A stretch of DNA of 64,000 bases from positions 930,001-994,000 of the forward strand of contig CDPCPM010000120.1 in assembly GCA_976551045.1 (NCBI GenBank), written 5' to 3'. The stretch's first letter is position 1; every line of letters begins with the position of its first letter. Under the pieces are notes generated by a model that did not search any database, was not told the DNA's origin, and saw only the letters and a list, made by a program, of their open reading frames with translations. This document shows, piece by piece, positions 26,570-39,930 of the stretch. The translations under genes and the position numbers were made by a program. Source of the stretch: Glaucostegus cemiculus. Its lineage: Eukaryota.

Positions 26570-27160
26570 AGAGAGCATGAGAAAAGAACGGCTGCGAACA
26601 TAAAAGAGAATCCAAAGATATTATAGTGATGTGTTATATATTAGAAGTAAACAAAAAAGGGATTGTGAAAAGGGAGGTGGGGCTGATCAGAGATCGGGAA
26701 GGAAGTTGATTCATGGAGGCAAAGGACGGGGCTAAGGTACTAAATGAGGACTTTATGCCATTAGTAAGGGAAGAAAATGCTGCAGGAGTCTCCGCCAAGG
26801 AAACTGTAATTGAGACTCTTGATGAGCTCCGAGTTGATAAAGAGAAGGCAGTGGAAGGGCTGCAGCTGGCCCAGGTGGGAAGCTTGCAGAGGGAAGGGAG
26901 GAAATCGCAGAGGCCCTGGGCACTCGCCTCTGAGCAACTGATGCCTGAGAACTGGCACTTTGCAAATGTCACAGCCTTGTCTCAAAAAGGGTGCGGGGAT
27001 AACCCCAGTAACTGCAACCGGGCAGCTGAACCTTTGTAGAGAGGAAAGCTCTGAAAAGAATAATCAGGGACAGAATTAGCAATCACCCATTCAGGTGTGG
27101 ATTGAGTAGTGAAAGCCACATGGATTTATTAAATGCAGATCGTGCCTAACTTACTGTCTA
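26570..27160 (+). mobile_element. CR1 ORF2 fragment (decayed; pre-RT region and RT start)
   Basis: AKVLNEDF...PENWHFANVTALSQKG..DNPSN, then HGFIKCRSCLT at ~27118-27150. Confidence 0.85.
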
Positions 27161-27219
27161 CCTTCTTTGCTGGCTTCCCCCCATTGACTACTTCCAGTGC
27201 CCATTAGGCCTCTCCTTCA

Positions 27220-27720
27220 TAATCATAGGTCATAGAATTGGACAGCACAGAAATGGGCCCTTCGGCCCAACTCACTTATGCCGACCAAGCTTACTATCTA
27301 CACTAATCTCTTTGTACGTTCTCCCCGTGTCTGTGTGGGTTTCTTCTGGGTGCTCCGGTTTCCTCCCACATTCCAAAGACATACAGGTTGGGAAGTTGCA
27401 GGCATGCTATGTTGGCGCCGGAAGTGTGGCAACACTTGCAGGCTGCCCCCAGAACACTCTACGCAAAAGATGTATTACACTGTGTGTTTTGATGTACACT
27501 TGACTAATAAGGACATCCATCTTGCCTTAATCCCATTTGCCCTCGTCCTTCTCCTCCTTGCTTATCCAAGTACCTGTTCAACATGCCTTTTTAATGTTGT
27601 AATTGCAACTCCCTCTATGACCTCCTCTGGCAGCTCGTTTGCATATACCCACTACCCTCTGTGTGAAAACCGTGCCCCTCAGATCGCCTGCTTGCCCCTC
27701 AGATCCCTTATCTGGACCTT
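27220..27720 (-). mobile_element. CR1 3' end split by a SINE
   Basis: catagaa..gacagcacagaaatgggcccttcggcccaac...cactaatc | SINE | taatcccatttgcc. Confidence 0.8.
27311..27525 (+). mobile_element. 5'-truncated V-SINE
   Basis: Near-identical to the 3' two-thirds of the copy at 20833-21134. Confidence 0.9.
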
Positions 27721-28420
27721 ATGCTGAAGAAGAGAAGTTTCCAGTTGCTTCATAGGGAGAATTTCTTACCGTTGAATGCCATGTTTTTGGGGAAGCAATT
27801 CAGGACTTGTCCACCGCGAGGAAGACTGCATTGCCGGAATTTTCAGTGGTAGCCGGTGCTGGAAGACTGGGGCACCAGGGCAATCCTCCACTTCCTTGGC
27901 TGCTCTGACCTCAGTAGCTGAGCTCAAGTACCACTGCCCCCCCAACCCCTCCCCCCCAACTAGCCTACCCACACCGTGGGGGAAACTGCCCAGGGATGAG
28001 ATTTTGTTGCCTCCATCAGTACTTCACGCTGCACAGCCGAGTTGATTGAAGATGGCAGCCAGCACTGAAGGAAGGAGCCTCAGAATCTGAGGGCCACAAG
28101 GGGACCGGGACCAGGAGGAAGAAGGGCGCTCCCGGGGGATGACCCTGCTCAGCGTCCGCAGCCCCATCTCCCACCAGTGCGGAGGAGGAAGAGATGCAGG
28201 TGACTCCCCGACAGAGACGATTTTCATAAGGAAGCTCCCCGGTGCAAGCCAAGTCACCCTTGCTTCTATCGTTACCACGAACATAGTGCACCAAAATCAG
28301 CCAGGAGAGTCCCGATGATGCAGGAACGTCCCTCCTGGTCCTGTTGTTGTAGCTCCACGTTGCTGATTCCAGAACCTTTCAAAGAAATGCACTGACCTTC
28401 GATCAGCTGCTCTCTCAGCT

Positions 28421-28506
28421 CCACTTGCGGGCTGCCCCCAGAACGCTAGAGATGCATTTCACTGTGTGTTTCAATGTACATGCGATTAATAAAGATATCT
28501 AATCTT
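28421..28506 (+). mobile_element. V-SINE 3' fragment
   Basis: cacttgcgggctgcccccagaac...gatgcatttcactgtgtgtttc...aataaagatatct. Confidence 0.85.
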
Positions 28507-30159
28507 AAGGTGAAAATGATGGTGGTTGCTGCACCTTTCGGGGTGTGGCTCTGCACTGAGGGGGGCTGGGCTGCAGTGTAGCCACAGCGGCTGAGAGTAA
28601 TGCATATAACCTGTTGACCAGTGGGCTGGGCGATCCACCTGGAGCCTACGTTTCAAGCCAGTGAAGAACACAATGAAACAGTAATGAATTAAAAAAAACC
28701 CTCATGAGATTCCATTCAAGGTTCAGCCACGCCGTAGCACCAGCTGAGCATTTCAAGCAACGGCAATGGGGGGGGGGGCCTGGTGAAGTACTGGTCGGAT
28801 ACGCACCGCGTCACTCAACTTGCACCAAGTGGACGGGGTTACCGTTGTGTCATTGTCCTGCACAGACCATCTCTTTTCCCAAACTCCCTCCCCCCACTCC
28901 CAGTCAGAAGGCTGACCCGTTCCCTCATGAATGTGTATGGACAGCTGTGATGGCCCACGAGGGCCTCTTGCCCCGGATGGGACAGTCTCAGATTGCTGCC
29001 TACGGCCAATTACGGGAACGGTTCTGGGATGGCCGGCAATGAGCATAGGAGAGCGTGCTGCCTGGGAGGCCATGGTGGAAGGTCATCTAGTGGGGCGGAG
29101 TATTGATGGCCTGCAGTTGCTCTCAGGAGGCCGGGCAGACAATGAGACAATGTGCTGTTGGCACACAAACCAACTGTCATTCATTGTTTCGACCTCCAGA
29201 GCTAGAGCTGAACTGGCTGACAACCTCCGAATCACTGGTGTCTGCTCCCTCCCTGCCTCAGAGTCGGCCCTCTGTGCAACCTGAGCAGGACTCAGTGGAC
29301 GACGAGGAGGGCTGTGGGTGTAAACAGGGCCTGTGTCTGCTCCCAGTCAGAAGAGGGGCAGGCTCCCATCCTGGCTCCAGAAGGAGAACGAGCCGCTGAC
29401 GGACAGCATCACCCCGCCCACGCAGGAGAGTAATCTCCTGCAGTGGAGGAACTCCCTGTTTGTGGAGAACAGGCAGGTGATCACAGGCAGAACACCATTG
29501 TTCCCGTAGAACCACAGGTTGCTCCCCTACATCCACAGGGAGCACCGGTCTACTGTGAGTGAGTGGCATCTCTCTGCTCATTCAGGGCATCGAGTTGCTC
29601 CTATGCAACAGGCCCCAGACCGCGATCTTGCTCAGTCTGAGACTTACAAGGCAGAAGGACATTGTGTGGGCTCAATCTGTGTCCCATAGCAGCCACGGGA
29701 CAAAGAAGTGCGCACGGGGCTCCAGAGGGAGGTTGTGCAGAGGATGGAGGCAACAACAACAGTGGAAGGCCTCCTTCCTCTGCACAACCTCCTAAGGGGA
29801 TTTGCAGATGGATTCCACGTCTCTCGCTCCCCATCCCATTACACATCCACATCAGCCTTGTCGTAACATCATCCCAGCCATGGTCTTCACCTAAGCCCTC
29901 GGAAGCAGTACAGGTACGTGGAGCAACGCACACAAAAATGCTGGAGGAATTCAGCAGGTCAGGTGACCCTCTGGTGAGCTCCTACAGACAATCTCCACGT
30001 GATACATAAACTTTGGGGCTCATATCTCCTGGTGCCGGTCTCCGAGGTGATGCCTCTGGGGCGTCAGGTACACCGATGCACACTCATCCACTTCCTCCCC
30101 CTCTGCAGTCATTGATTCACAGTACGCAAAGGATGCCAAGCTCCAGGCCAGCAATGGCT

Positions 30160-30710
30160 CCTTTGTGCTAGCACAGCGGAGGATGGGCCTTACACCAAAC
30201 ATTCAGAAGACAAACATCCACCACCAATCTTCTCCTGCCACCAAATGCTGCTCCTGACAGTGAGGATCCATGGGGAGACCCTGGAAAACGTGGATCACCA
30301 TCCATATCCCAGAAGCTGCCCTCAGTGGAAAAAAGACATCGCTGCTGAAGTCAACTTCTGCCGCCTTTAAAAAAGAGTGTTAAAAAGCCAAGGACTCAGA
30401 CCCATCACCCAGCTCATGGTCTACCAGGCAGCAGTGAGTCTCCTTGCTTCGGAGATAGAGGCAACACGTTGTGGACCCCTCCAAGGACTGAAGAAGGAGC
30501 AGCAACGCTGCCTGTGCAAAGTGCTCCAGTGAATAGCAAGTCAGAACAACCTCCCCAGCAACAAGGCTCATATCACGTTCAACCGTCTCTGCTGGGAGCT
30601 CATATTGTCCGTGTGCCTGACATTACACTCCCCAAAATAGTACAATACTCTAAGCTCTGTCACGGCAAGAGTTTTCCAGAGGGACAGAGGATATTCTCGA
30701 AGATAGTGAG
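30160..30710 (+). mobile_element. RTE-clade LINE fragment (decayed RT C-terminal region)
   Basis: RRMGLTPNIQKT, VRIHGETLENVDH, LMVYQAAV, QRCLCKVLQ. Confidence 0.75.
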
Positions 30711-31079
30711 ACGTCCTCTCCTTTGCCTGTGACTGTTCAAAACAGAGAGGTGCGTCCAGGAAGGCACTGAGCGCCTTGTCTCTGTGACGGAAGCAGACCC
30801 AAATCCAAACAGTAGGAGTGGTCGGCATCCCTCTCTGGCCACCCACCTGCCCTGTCAGGTATTAGCTGCCCACCCTGGCAGAGTCTGCAAATCCTGCACA
30901 GGATTCTCCCTGAATCCCATCCCCCCTGCAACTGGGGTGGAAGTGAGCAATCCCCTAACCCCGAGGGAAAGTCTGAGACAAAGAAGAATTCACGTTGTTT
31001 GTCCATTCATTTACACAATTCCAGGCAACAGTAGAGTTATTTTTTACACTGACATTGTTCTTACCCCTATAGCATACAA

Positions 31080-31362
31080 AATTATGATAGGGTAGATTGT
31101 AGAAACTTTTCCCCATGGCAAAGGTGCCTATGTCTAGAGGGCATAGGTTTAGAGTAAAGTGTAGGAGGTTTACACTGGATCACACTGCCTGAGGGAGCAG
31201 TGGAGGTTAAGACTTTCACAGCATTTAAGAAGAATCTAGATGAGCGCATGAATTGCCAAGGCAAAGAAGCCATGGACTAAGTGCTGGGAAATGGGATTAG
31301 AATAGATGGGTTCCTGATGGTTGGTACGGACATGGTGCTGTTTCTGTCCCACGTGACTCTCT
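31080..31362 (+). mobile_element. CR1 3' fragment
   Basis: tctagagggcataggttta...gcatttaagaagaatctagatgag...gggaaatgggattag...tgactct. Confidence 0.85.
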
Positions 31363-33609
31363 AATTTTATGAGTTTTTTCAAATTTAAACAGAAATTTAA
31401 ACGTGTTTACAGCTGTAACATAATAAAATGATCTTTAATCAATCACCAATATCTTCTCAACAAACTCGTATTTCACTACAGCTTTATATCTTCATGGTAG
31501 GAATATTGGTAATTTGTTAAAACATTGAATCTGGCTGATTTCCTTTCATTCTGTTTATATTTACCTCTTATATTTGGGTGTAATCCTATAGTGTGAGTTT
31601 AGTGAGTGGATTATTAGAGCCTGTCATAATGAAAAGGCAGAATTAATTCTACAGCACAACTTGTTAGGTTCTGAAGTTAGTTCTTTAAATATTTATCTGC
31701 AAATTCTTCCCATTTTTCAGGCGTTCAGTTGACTTTTCTAATGTGATCACAGGCTAACTTTGGTGTAAAAGTTCTAATACCCACAATGAGTTAAAGAATT
31801 TGCTGACACAGACTAGGTTCATCTTCCATCCCATGAGGAGGACAGACAAGAACATTGCTCATACCCAGATTTGCACAAAACAGGAAAGACTGTCCCAGAA
31901 TGAATCAAGAACAAGTTGGGACCTGATCAAAATATGCTAGTCATCTTGATTTCTTGCTTGATGTATATCATGAGCAAAAGATAAAAAGAATTTGCATTTA
32001 TATAGCACCTCGTCTCGTCTCTCGGGATACATGATGGATTACTGTGTGGTGCCTTCACTGTTGCTGCTTTGACAAATATAGGAGAAATCTTCGGTAGCAT
32101 TTGAGCTGTTGACAGGTTCTCATTCTAGCATTCTGCTTTTAAGAACTCATGGTGCAATTTCTCATATTTCCTTTACGTCTTGCTGACGGTGCCCTCAGAG
32201 TTGGAGTGAGCTTCACAAACAACTTTTATTGAGAAAATGCAAGCTCAAGGTAGTTAATAGCCTCTGACTCTAATTCTCTGTGCCTGTTATGTGAAACACT
32301 ATCTTAGGGATTCAATGAACGTATCTTCCTTCTAAAGGCTTACTTAGATATTGTTACCTTTAGTACTGTGGTCACCCTCCCACTATATTTATCAAGGGAA
32401 ATGCATAATGATACAGTCATAATGTAGAGAATAGTATCCACCATTCCTGGGGTCAGCCTTTAGAACCATGACTGAGCATAATAGAGTTCATGTTTTGCTA
32501 TCCATGGACCTGCTGAAGACAAGTCTGAAATTGTTCCAAGTGTTTTATTCTTGGCTTTGTCTATTGATAATTGCCATTCAGTACTCAATAGTGTGAACTA
32601 TACAGTAAGTCCTTTGAGAAGAGGCCACAGTACAGACTGAGACCTGGGCACTTTGCAGGAATGATGTGAATAGTGGCAGAAAAAGCCTCGCATAAGGTAT
32701 TTGTCTCTGGAGATGTTGCTAGCATTGTGTTAACCCATGTCAATGAGTTCATGGCCACATAAAGTTATAAAATAAGCAACACCACCAAAATTAATTCACT
32801 TTTTAGCAGCCTTCGTGAGCCAGTTTTTACTTTTGACAAAATACATCTAAATTTCAAAACTGGTTTGGCTTAGAAGTGACTCCTGGGATTCCTGCTCTGT
32901 GGGTGGACATTCCTCTTTGTGATTTGGCATCAAGCATTAGAGCAAATTAGATTGCAGTTTGTTTAAGTGTACATCTGGCATTCCGTGAAAACATGCTATT
33001 GGTGCGGACCTATTATTAGTGTCAAAACTGAATGTATCCCAGCAACTAACAGGAGCACAGAACATCCTAACTTTGGACCAAGAAATATGATACACCCTTA
33101 ATACTGAGCAATCCGTCAAAAAGTTGCGGCAAATGAATAGGAGTACTCAGCAAGGCGCCTGTTTGGTGCAAGATCGCTGCTTAACTACAGCAGAAAGGGA
33201 GATGAAAACAACAAAGCTGTGCCTTGTCAGTCTCCTGGCTGACAATATTACAGCATGCATCCTATTCTTTGGTTTAACCACCAATCTTGTTTCCCAAGGA
33301 GAAAATTGTTATGGTCTGAGTTATTTCACTCAGATTGGTTCATTGCATGGTTCTGAGACCCCTGCCCAGTCACTCAACAGCACCCATTAAGGGGGACCAA
33401 ACAGTCAGACTTCGATAGTCCCAACGAATATTTTGCTGGAGAGCCTATCACTGCATAATTCGCTATGCAAAAGATCGAGGTGCCATGTGCAATTAAATAG
33501 GCCGCATACACTGAAATGTTTTTCCTCCCCATGGATGTTCTGAGGAGTGACTGCTTTGGTTGTGCTCACCTATGCTAAACTGGGATTGGAATGATTGTCT
33601 TCTGCTCCT

Positions 33610-34404
33610 AAGAAAACCAAGGAGATTGTGGTAGACTTCAGGAGGACGAGCAGAACAGAACTTGGCCTAGTGCTCATTGATGGCGAGGCAGTAGAGAGAG
33701 TTACAAGCTTCAAATTCCTGGGGACTCACATCACCGAAGACCTCTCCTGGGGAACTCACTCTACAGTAAGCATCAGGAAGGCACAACAGCATCTGTACTT
33801 CCTACGGCAGCTGAAGAGTGCAAACTTGTCAACAGGTATCCTGGTCAATTTCTATAGGTGTGCGATAGAGAGCATCCTGACATACGGCATCACTGCCTGG
33901 TATGCCAGCTGTACCAACAAAGAGAGGAAAGGCCTACAGCGGGTGATTGACATGGCACGAAAGATCATAGGGGTGCGCCTACCCGCATTGGCGGACATTT
34001 ATGAGTCCCGGTGTCTGAACAAGGCTACAAACATCATTAAGGACTCTTCCCACCCGGCCCATCACCTCTTCAGTCTGCTCCCCTCAAAGAAACGCTTCAG
34101 GACATTCCACACATCCATGACCAGATTGAGGAATAGCTTCTTCCCCAACGCCGTGAAAATCTTAAACAAGGACTTTAAATTTCACAGATTGCACTAGTTC
34201 TTTCTCGCTTCTTCTCTCTCTCCCTCTAATACATCAAGTAAACCCTACAGTGTAAACTCTAACTTAATTTATTCTCTATTTATTTAATATTTAAGTACTG
34301 TGCCTATTATCTGACATGGGAGTGCTATTGAAATCTCGTTGTTCTGTTGTCCCAACGGCACAATGACAATAAAGCAATCTTGGATCTTGAATCTTGAATC
34401 TTGA
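33610..34404 (+). mobile_element. Rex1/Babar-type LINE, 5'-truncated and young; uninterrupted ORF C-terminus ends at 34197
   Basis: KKTKEIVVDFRR...VERVTSFKFLG.HITEDLSW...KAQQHLYFLRQL...FYRCAIESILTY.ITAWY; aataaa plus (atcttga)n tail; GCTCCT at 33604-33609 and 34405-34410. Confidence 0.92.
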
Positions 34405-35402
34405 GCTCCTCCAATCCCTATTCCCCATCTCCTGACCCCAATCCCACAATCTCCTGATTGCCAATTCCCTGATTCCCTAGAACCCAAAATCCCCCAAGCA
34501 CCCCAATGTCTCTCACGAACACCTTAACCTGTTAGACTGTAGACCGTGTCTAACTCTGTTACATCCAAGGCCCCATTCTTTACCAACCACCCACTAACCA
34601 GATACTGATCTCTGGCCAGCTGAACGCACACCTACCCTCACACCAAGGTCCTGATGGAGCTTGGATGCAGCAACCAGCTCACCCTCCATAAGTGACCCAG
34701 TTGGGCCTCTGATCCTTTAAACCCTTCCCCTTGTGTGCTCCCGTTGTCCCACCCCATGCCACCCCTCACACTGATTTGGACATTAGATGCTACTGGTGTG
34801 CAGTGGTGGGGCCACGACTGAGATGGTCCACATAGCACATTATTTATAGTGCACAACCACTTCCTGTCCAGTGCCAGAGAGGGATGTGAAGAAGTGTATT
34901 AATCACGCAATAGATTTACCTCAGCAAACCGGAAGAAAGAATTCTTCATCCTCAGATTTCAGTCCCTGCTGGATAATACAAAAACAACGCCATTAAATGA
35001 AAGTCCATTCTATACAACCGTAGAATTATAGTGATGAGCTTGATACTAGTTTACTCCCAGGCAAAATTAATATTAAGCATTTTAGTGTGATTGTCTCAAA
35101 GAGCACAGATAAGTTTTAAAGGAACAGTCACAAACTTCCACCAATCCTTAACCACTTGAGGTATTGGGTATAAATCCTAGTTGGATATGCTTTATGGAGG
35201 GAAGAGGCTGGATTGAATGGACATCACCCAAACTGTACTACACATATATGGTCTTTGAGTTCCAAAACGTAAGGACTGTTAGTTTGTCACAGATCCTACT
35301 TAAACAGTTCTTTTCTTAAGATGAGTGGTAAAAGTCTTATGTAGGGAAGGTAAAATTTACAAAAGAAATCAGTCAATTTGCAAAGAATTAATGTTTTCTT
35401 CA

Positions 35403-35475
35403 GAGACACAAGAAATTCTGCAGATGCTGGAACATGGAGCAATACAGAAAAAGTGCTGGTTCCTCCAGCACTTTT
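35403..35475. mobile_element. Collapsed Penelope terminal fragment with a perfect 11-bp hairpin
   Basis: ctgcagatgctggaa...AAAAGTGCTGG-ttcct-CCAGCACTTTT. Confidence 0.7.
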
Positions 35476-35748
35476 AATGTTTTCTTCAGTTTACCACATA
35501 ATCTCAAGATGAGGGTTTAAAGGAATAGATTATTTGATTATTTTATTGCTATTTATTATGTTAAAAAGTATGAATTTAAATCTTATGCACAAACTACCAT
35601 TCATTTTCTGACATAAGGAAAAGGGCAGGAGGCTAGTCAATGTCTCGGCCCTCACACAACGTTTTCTTGTCCTATCCCCACATCTCTTGCTTCTTTTGAC
35701 GTCCTCAGTTTTAAACACAATCAATGACTGAGCCTCCACAGCCCTCTC

Positions 35749-36036
35749 AGATAAGATAAAATAAGGTATTTTTATTCGTCACGTGTACATCGAAACGCAG
35801 AATGAAATACATCTTTTTGCGCAGTGTTCTGGGGGGCGGCCCGCAAGTGTTGCCACACTTCCGGCGCCAACGTAGTGAGCCCACAACTTCCTAACCCGTA
35901 CGTCTTTTGGAATGTGGGAGGAAACCCACGCAGACACAGGGAGAATGTACAAACTCCTTATAGACAGTGGCTGGATTTGAACCCGGGTCGCTGGTGCTGT
36001 AGAGCTTTACACTAAACACTACACTACCGTGCCTGC
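35749..36036 (-). mobile_element. V-SINE, near full length, inserted into an old minus-strand CR1 (~35610-36360)
   Basis: Reverse complement of the 20833 copy, ending ...actaccgtgcctgc, with a small deletion between the gaggaaacc repeats of the V-domain. Confidence 0.9.
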
Positions 36037-38778
36037 AGGTCAAAAATTCTGGAGGTTCACTGGTTTCTTCTCATTTCAGTTCTAAAAGGCCTACTCCTTC
36101 ATTTGAGACTGCGACCCCAGGTTCTAGAATCATATGTACATGTTAAGTCACATCTCATTCTTCTAACCTCGAGAGAATAGAAGCTCAGCCTACCATCGCT
36201 CCTCATATGACAGACCCGCCATCCCAGGAACCAGCCTAGTAAATCTTTGCTCCATTCACTCTATAGCAAGATATCCTTTTATTACATAAGGAGGCCAAAA
36301 CTGTGCTAAATACACCAGGTGTGGTCTCCCCAAGACTATATAATTGTAGTAAGATATTTTCTGTCTTCTACTCAAATGTAAAGTGACAGTTTGGCATATT
36401 GTTTCTTTTTCTCTTAGTGAAGAGAGAAAATGGAATCCATATTTTCGATTTCCCGATGTAATTGTGCTGCCTTGTCAAAGTGATTGAAGGCAATCTCATG
36501 AGGTTGCTTGGCCATGGGAGAAAGAAGTTAAATAGTGGAGGGCAAAGGAATACCTTCAGGGGAGAAGCAACCCTTGAGGTTTTCCCACTGGATAATCTAC
36601 AAGGTGCCAATAAAGATTTAACTAACTGTCAACAGCCATACATGTTTTCTACAGAGAAGAACTTCAGAGGTAGGACTAGGTGAAGGCCAGACAGGTCCTC
36701 AAGTCTGGTGCAGAATTTGATAAGATCATGGCTGATATCTATGGTCCTATATCTTGTCTGGCCTCTACCTTCATCCCAGCATAAACCAAAAATCTCTCAG
36801 TAATCTTACAAACCTTGATCAGTTCACCCCTTAACTGATGGCTTTTCAACATGCTGAGCCCCAATTCTTTTAGCTAGTCTTGCTAAGTAGGATGTTTAGT
36901 TCAGCAGCCAACCCGTCCAAATTACAGGAAAATCGCAAGGAGAGTTTGAGATGGTTATTGGAATTATTGGATAACTGGGATGTAACAAATTCAGCAAATA
37001 TGGAGCACTCACCCTCAATTGAATCCCCGAGGTTTCTGTGAAGTAATTTACAAAGATATTGGGAAGTATTTATGAGTCTGGGTGTCACTAATTCTCCCAG
37101 AAGCAGCAAGAAGAAGTAAGTTTACAGGTGTTAATATCTCTGGTAGCTAATATCTCATTAGCATTCCCAAGCATAAGTAATATTTGCACCTTATTTTGGT
37201 TTGAACTGCATTCAGTAGAAAATTCACCAAAGGTCAATGGTTCTTGCACCTTGAGCTTCAAACATTTCGATTTCAGTATAGCAAAAAAATCAGATCACAT
37301 TCTATCCTGCAAGCAAATTAAAATTTTGCTTACCATACTAGAGAACTTTTCAAAATATCAAAGCTTATCAGTGTAAGCTTTTCATCCTGTGACAGAACTT
37401 AATTCACATAGTGTTTGTAGGCTGGATTCCAGCTATCAGCTACAAGATTTTACAAACCGGTTAAACAACTAGTTTTGGAAGAGAGTTTGTTCAAGGAGAA
37501 GTGACTATCTAATTTGGGCTCTGTTCCAGAAAAATAAGGTTTGGCATCAAGTTTTCTCATGGCAAGATTGCTGAAAATAAGAGCAAGCTGCCAGGTGTGG
37601 TGTTTAGTCAGTGAAGTGGAAAACAGGGTGGTATGAGTAAAGGAGGTTTAAGTTCAATAAAAGTAGGGCACAGATGCAGGGGAATGTTAACCCTACATAC
37701 AGAGGCACCATACAGATTTGTGTGTTCTTTTTTAATGGTAATGGCAGAGGAACTACCAGTGTTGTCGAGATCATTTGGTGAATACATTAAACATGATGAA
37801 ATGGAAACTTTTCAGGATTATGTATTTGGAAGTTGGTGTTACAAATTTTGTCTCGCATTTTAAATTGCTGCTTTTGCATTTGTACGACCGTAGAAGCATT
37901 TTTAAAATCTCTGCACGTTAAATGAACCTCTGTTGGTACTAATGTAAACATTCTGATGAGTATCCAAAGATATGACCTCTGTGTGACCCCTTAACCTTGC
38001 CTGTAATTATTTGTTTGAAGACAGTATGAAGTTCCCATGCTGAGAGGGACTATAATGGTTTGCAGCTCTGTGTGCAATTGTGTACAAGGGGAGCAAGAGA
38101 GACTTTATAATAAGGAGACTACCAGATGTAAATAATAAAAATGGTTGGGGGTAAAAAGAAAAACCTAGTAATTTAGTCCAGCCCATTACTTGGAGTACGC
38201 CAGGGAGAAATGAATGGGGGAAGGGTAAGAGGAGGGTGCATTACTCAGTGATGTGATATAGGAGCACATGAATCTCTCCTCATCTGGAGTTTTTTTTGTG
38301 TGTCATGTGCACACACCATTAGTGGCTCTTGGGAGGAGAGAAAACAGTCTTATCTGCCCGGTCTGATAATCTCAATTGGCCGTATTCTGATTGATAAAAG
38401 GGAGTGTAGCTACAGAGCTTTGAATCAACTCCCAAAGGAACACAACACATTAGCCTGCCAGTGAGTCTAGTATGGAGAAGGTTACTATGCTCAAAATGAA
38501 CAAGTGTGGGCACCAAAAGATCTGAGGTGTAATTCACACTATACCTACAACCCTTTGAGCACTGGGCACACCTCTCCTTCCTGCTAAAGAAGTGAACCAC
38601 CATTTCTCAATGTTACAGTATAAAGTATAATTTAAAAAAAATAAAGTCCTTCAAATGCAAGAGACCTTTTGAATATTACAACAGAGGTCTATGTTCCAGA
38701 TAGTCACATGTGGATGCGCTTTACGTTTCCAGTTGTTTCAAATCAAAATATGGAGCATGACCTGTGTTAATCAATGCA

Positions 38779-39930
38779 ACAACAACAACTTGCATTTACA
38801 TGGCAGCTTTCACAGAACAACATTTTCAATTCACTTCTCAGGAGCATTATCAAACAAATTTTGCAACAAACAACTTAGGGAGATACTAGGGCAGGTGACC
38901 AGAAGCTTTTGTTCAGACAAGGAAGGTCCTAAAAGATGAAAAAGTTTTGAAAAGGTTTTCCATAACTTAGGGCATTGACAGCTGAAGGCATGAATACCAT
39001 TGGTGGAACGATTAAGTTTGGGAATGATCAATAGGCTAAAATTGAAGGAGCGCGAATATCTCATGGGATGAAAAGATTGGAGAAAATTACAGACCTAGGG
39101 AGGATCGAGGATGGTGAAGAATTTGAGCATAAGGATGAGAATTTTCAATCAAGGTATTGCATAGTCAGGAGCCACTGCATGTACAGGGACATTGTGCAAA
39201 CAGATGTGTGTAGCAGAACTTTGGATGAGCTCAGTTTTGGAGGAAAGAACAAGGAACACCTGATAAGAATGTGCAACTGAAGTCTAGGGATAACAAAAGT
39301 CTTCATGAGGGATGCAGCAGGTGAGCTGAGGCAGGGATAGAATCAACCAGTGTTAATAAGGTAGAAACAAGTAGCCTTGGTGATGGCACAGATGCAGCCT
39401 GAAACTCATCTTGGGGTCAAGAATGACATCAAGTTGCAAGTAGTTGCCAAAGAGATTGGTGGAGGTGGTGCCTAAAGTAAAGGGTTCTGACAGGAGTCGA
39501 AGGTGTGCTTCATAGTTGCTAAAAATGAGGTGGAGGAAGTTTCTGCTGACACAGTACAGGCTATCAGACAAACACTGATAACTCAGAGGTGAGAGAGGCA
39601 ATGCTGAGGTGGAGCTGGTTGTCATCAGTGAATGCATGAAAATGGACACTGTGCTTTCTAGATGATGGCACCAGGGGACAATAAGAAATAGGAAAAGACT
39701 GAAAATAGGTACTTGAGATACAGAGCTAACAGTCTGGGCACAGAACCTATTATAGGTAATCCTCTGATTACAAATCGATGGTTAGGAATGGAATTGGTTG
39801 GGTTTTATCCCACCCTATTGAACAATGGTGGAGGAAAATGCCATGGTCTGTCATGTCAAAGATTAAGAAAAAAGGAGAATGGATAGACCATCTTCGTCCC
39901 AATCACGTAGAATATCATTAATGACTGTGT
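38779..39930 (-). mobile_element. L2 LINE fragment, old
   Basis: aacaacaacaacttgcattta is an inverse L2 tail. Minus-strand TDDNQLHLS (~39598-39630) is a decayed ADDTQLYLS motif. Confidence 0.75.

Noticed and set aside
33595-34197. 200-aa ORF as a host gene
   Set aside because: It is the C-terminus of a 5'-truncated Rex1/Babar LINE. The apparent start codon lies in flanking DNA.
34405-34510. C-rich degenerate repeat after the Rex tail as part of the element
   Set aside because: It lies outside the GCTCCT duplication and is pre-existing low-complexity flank.
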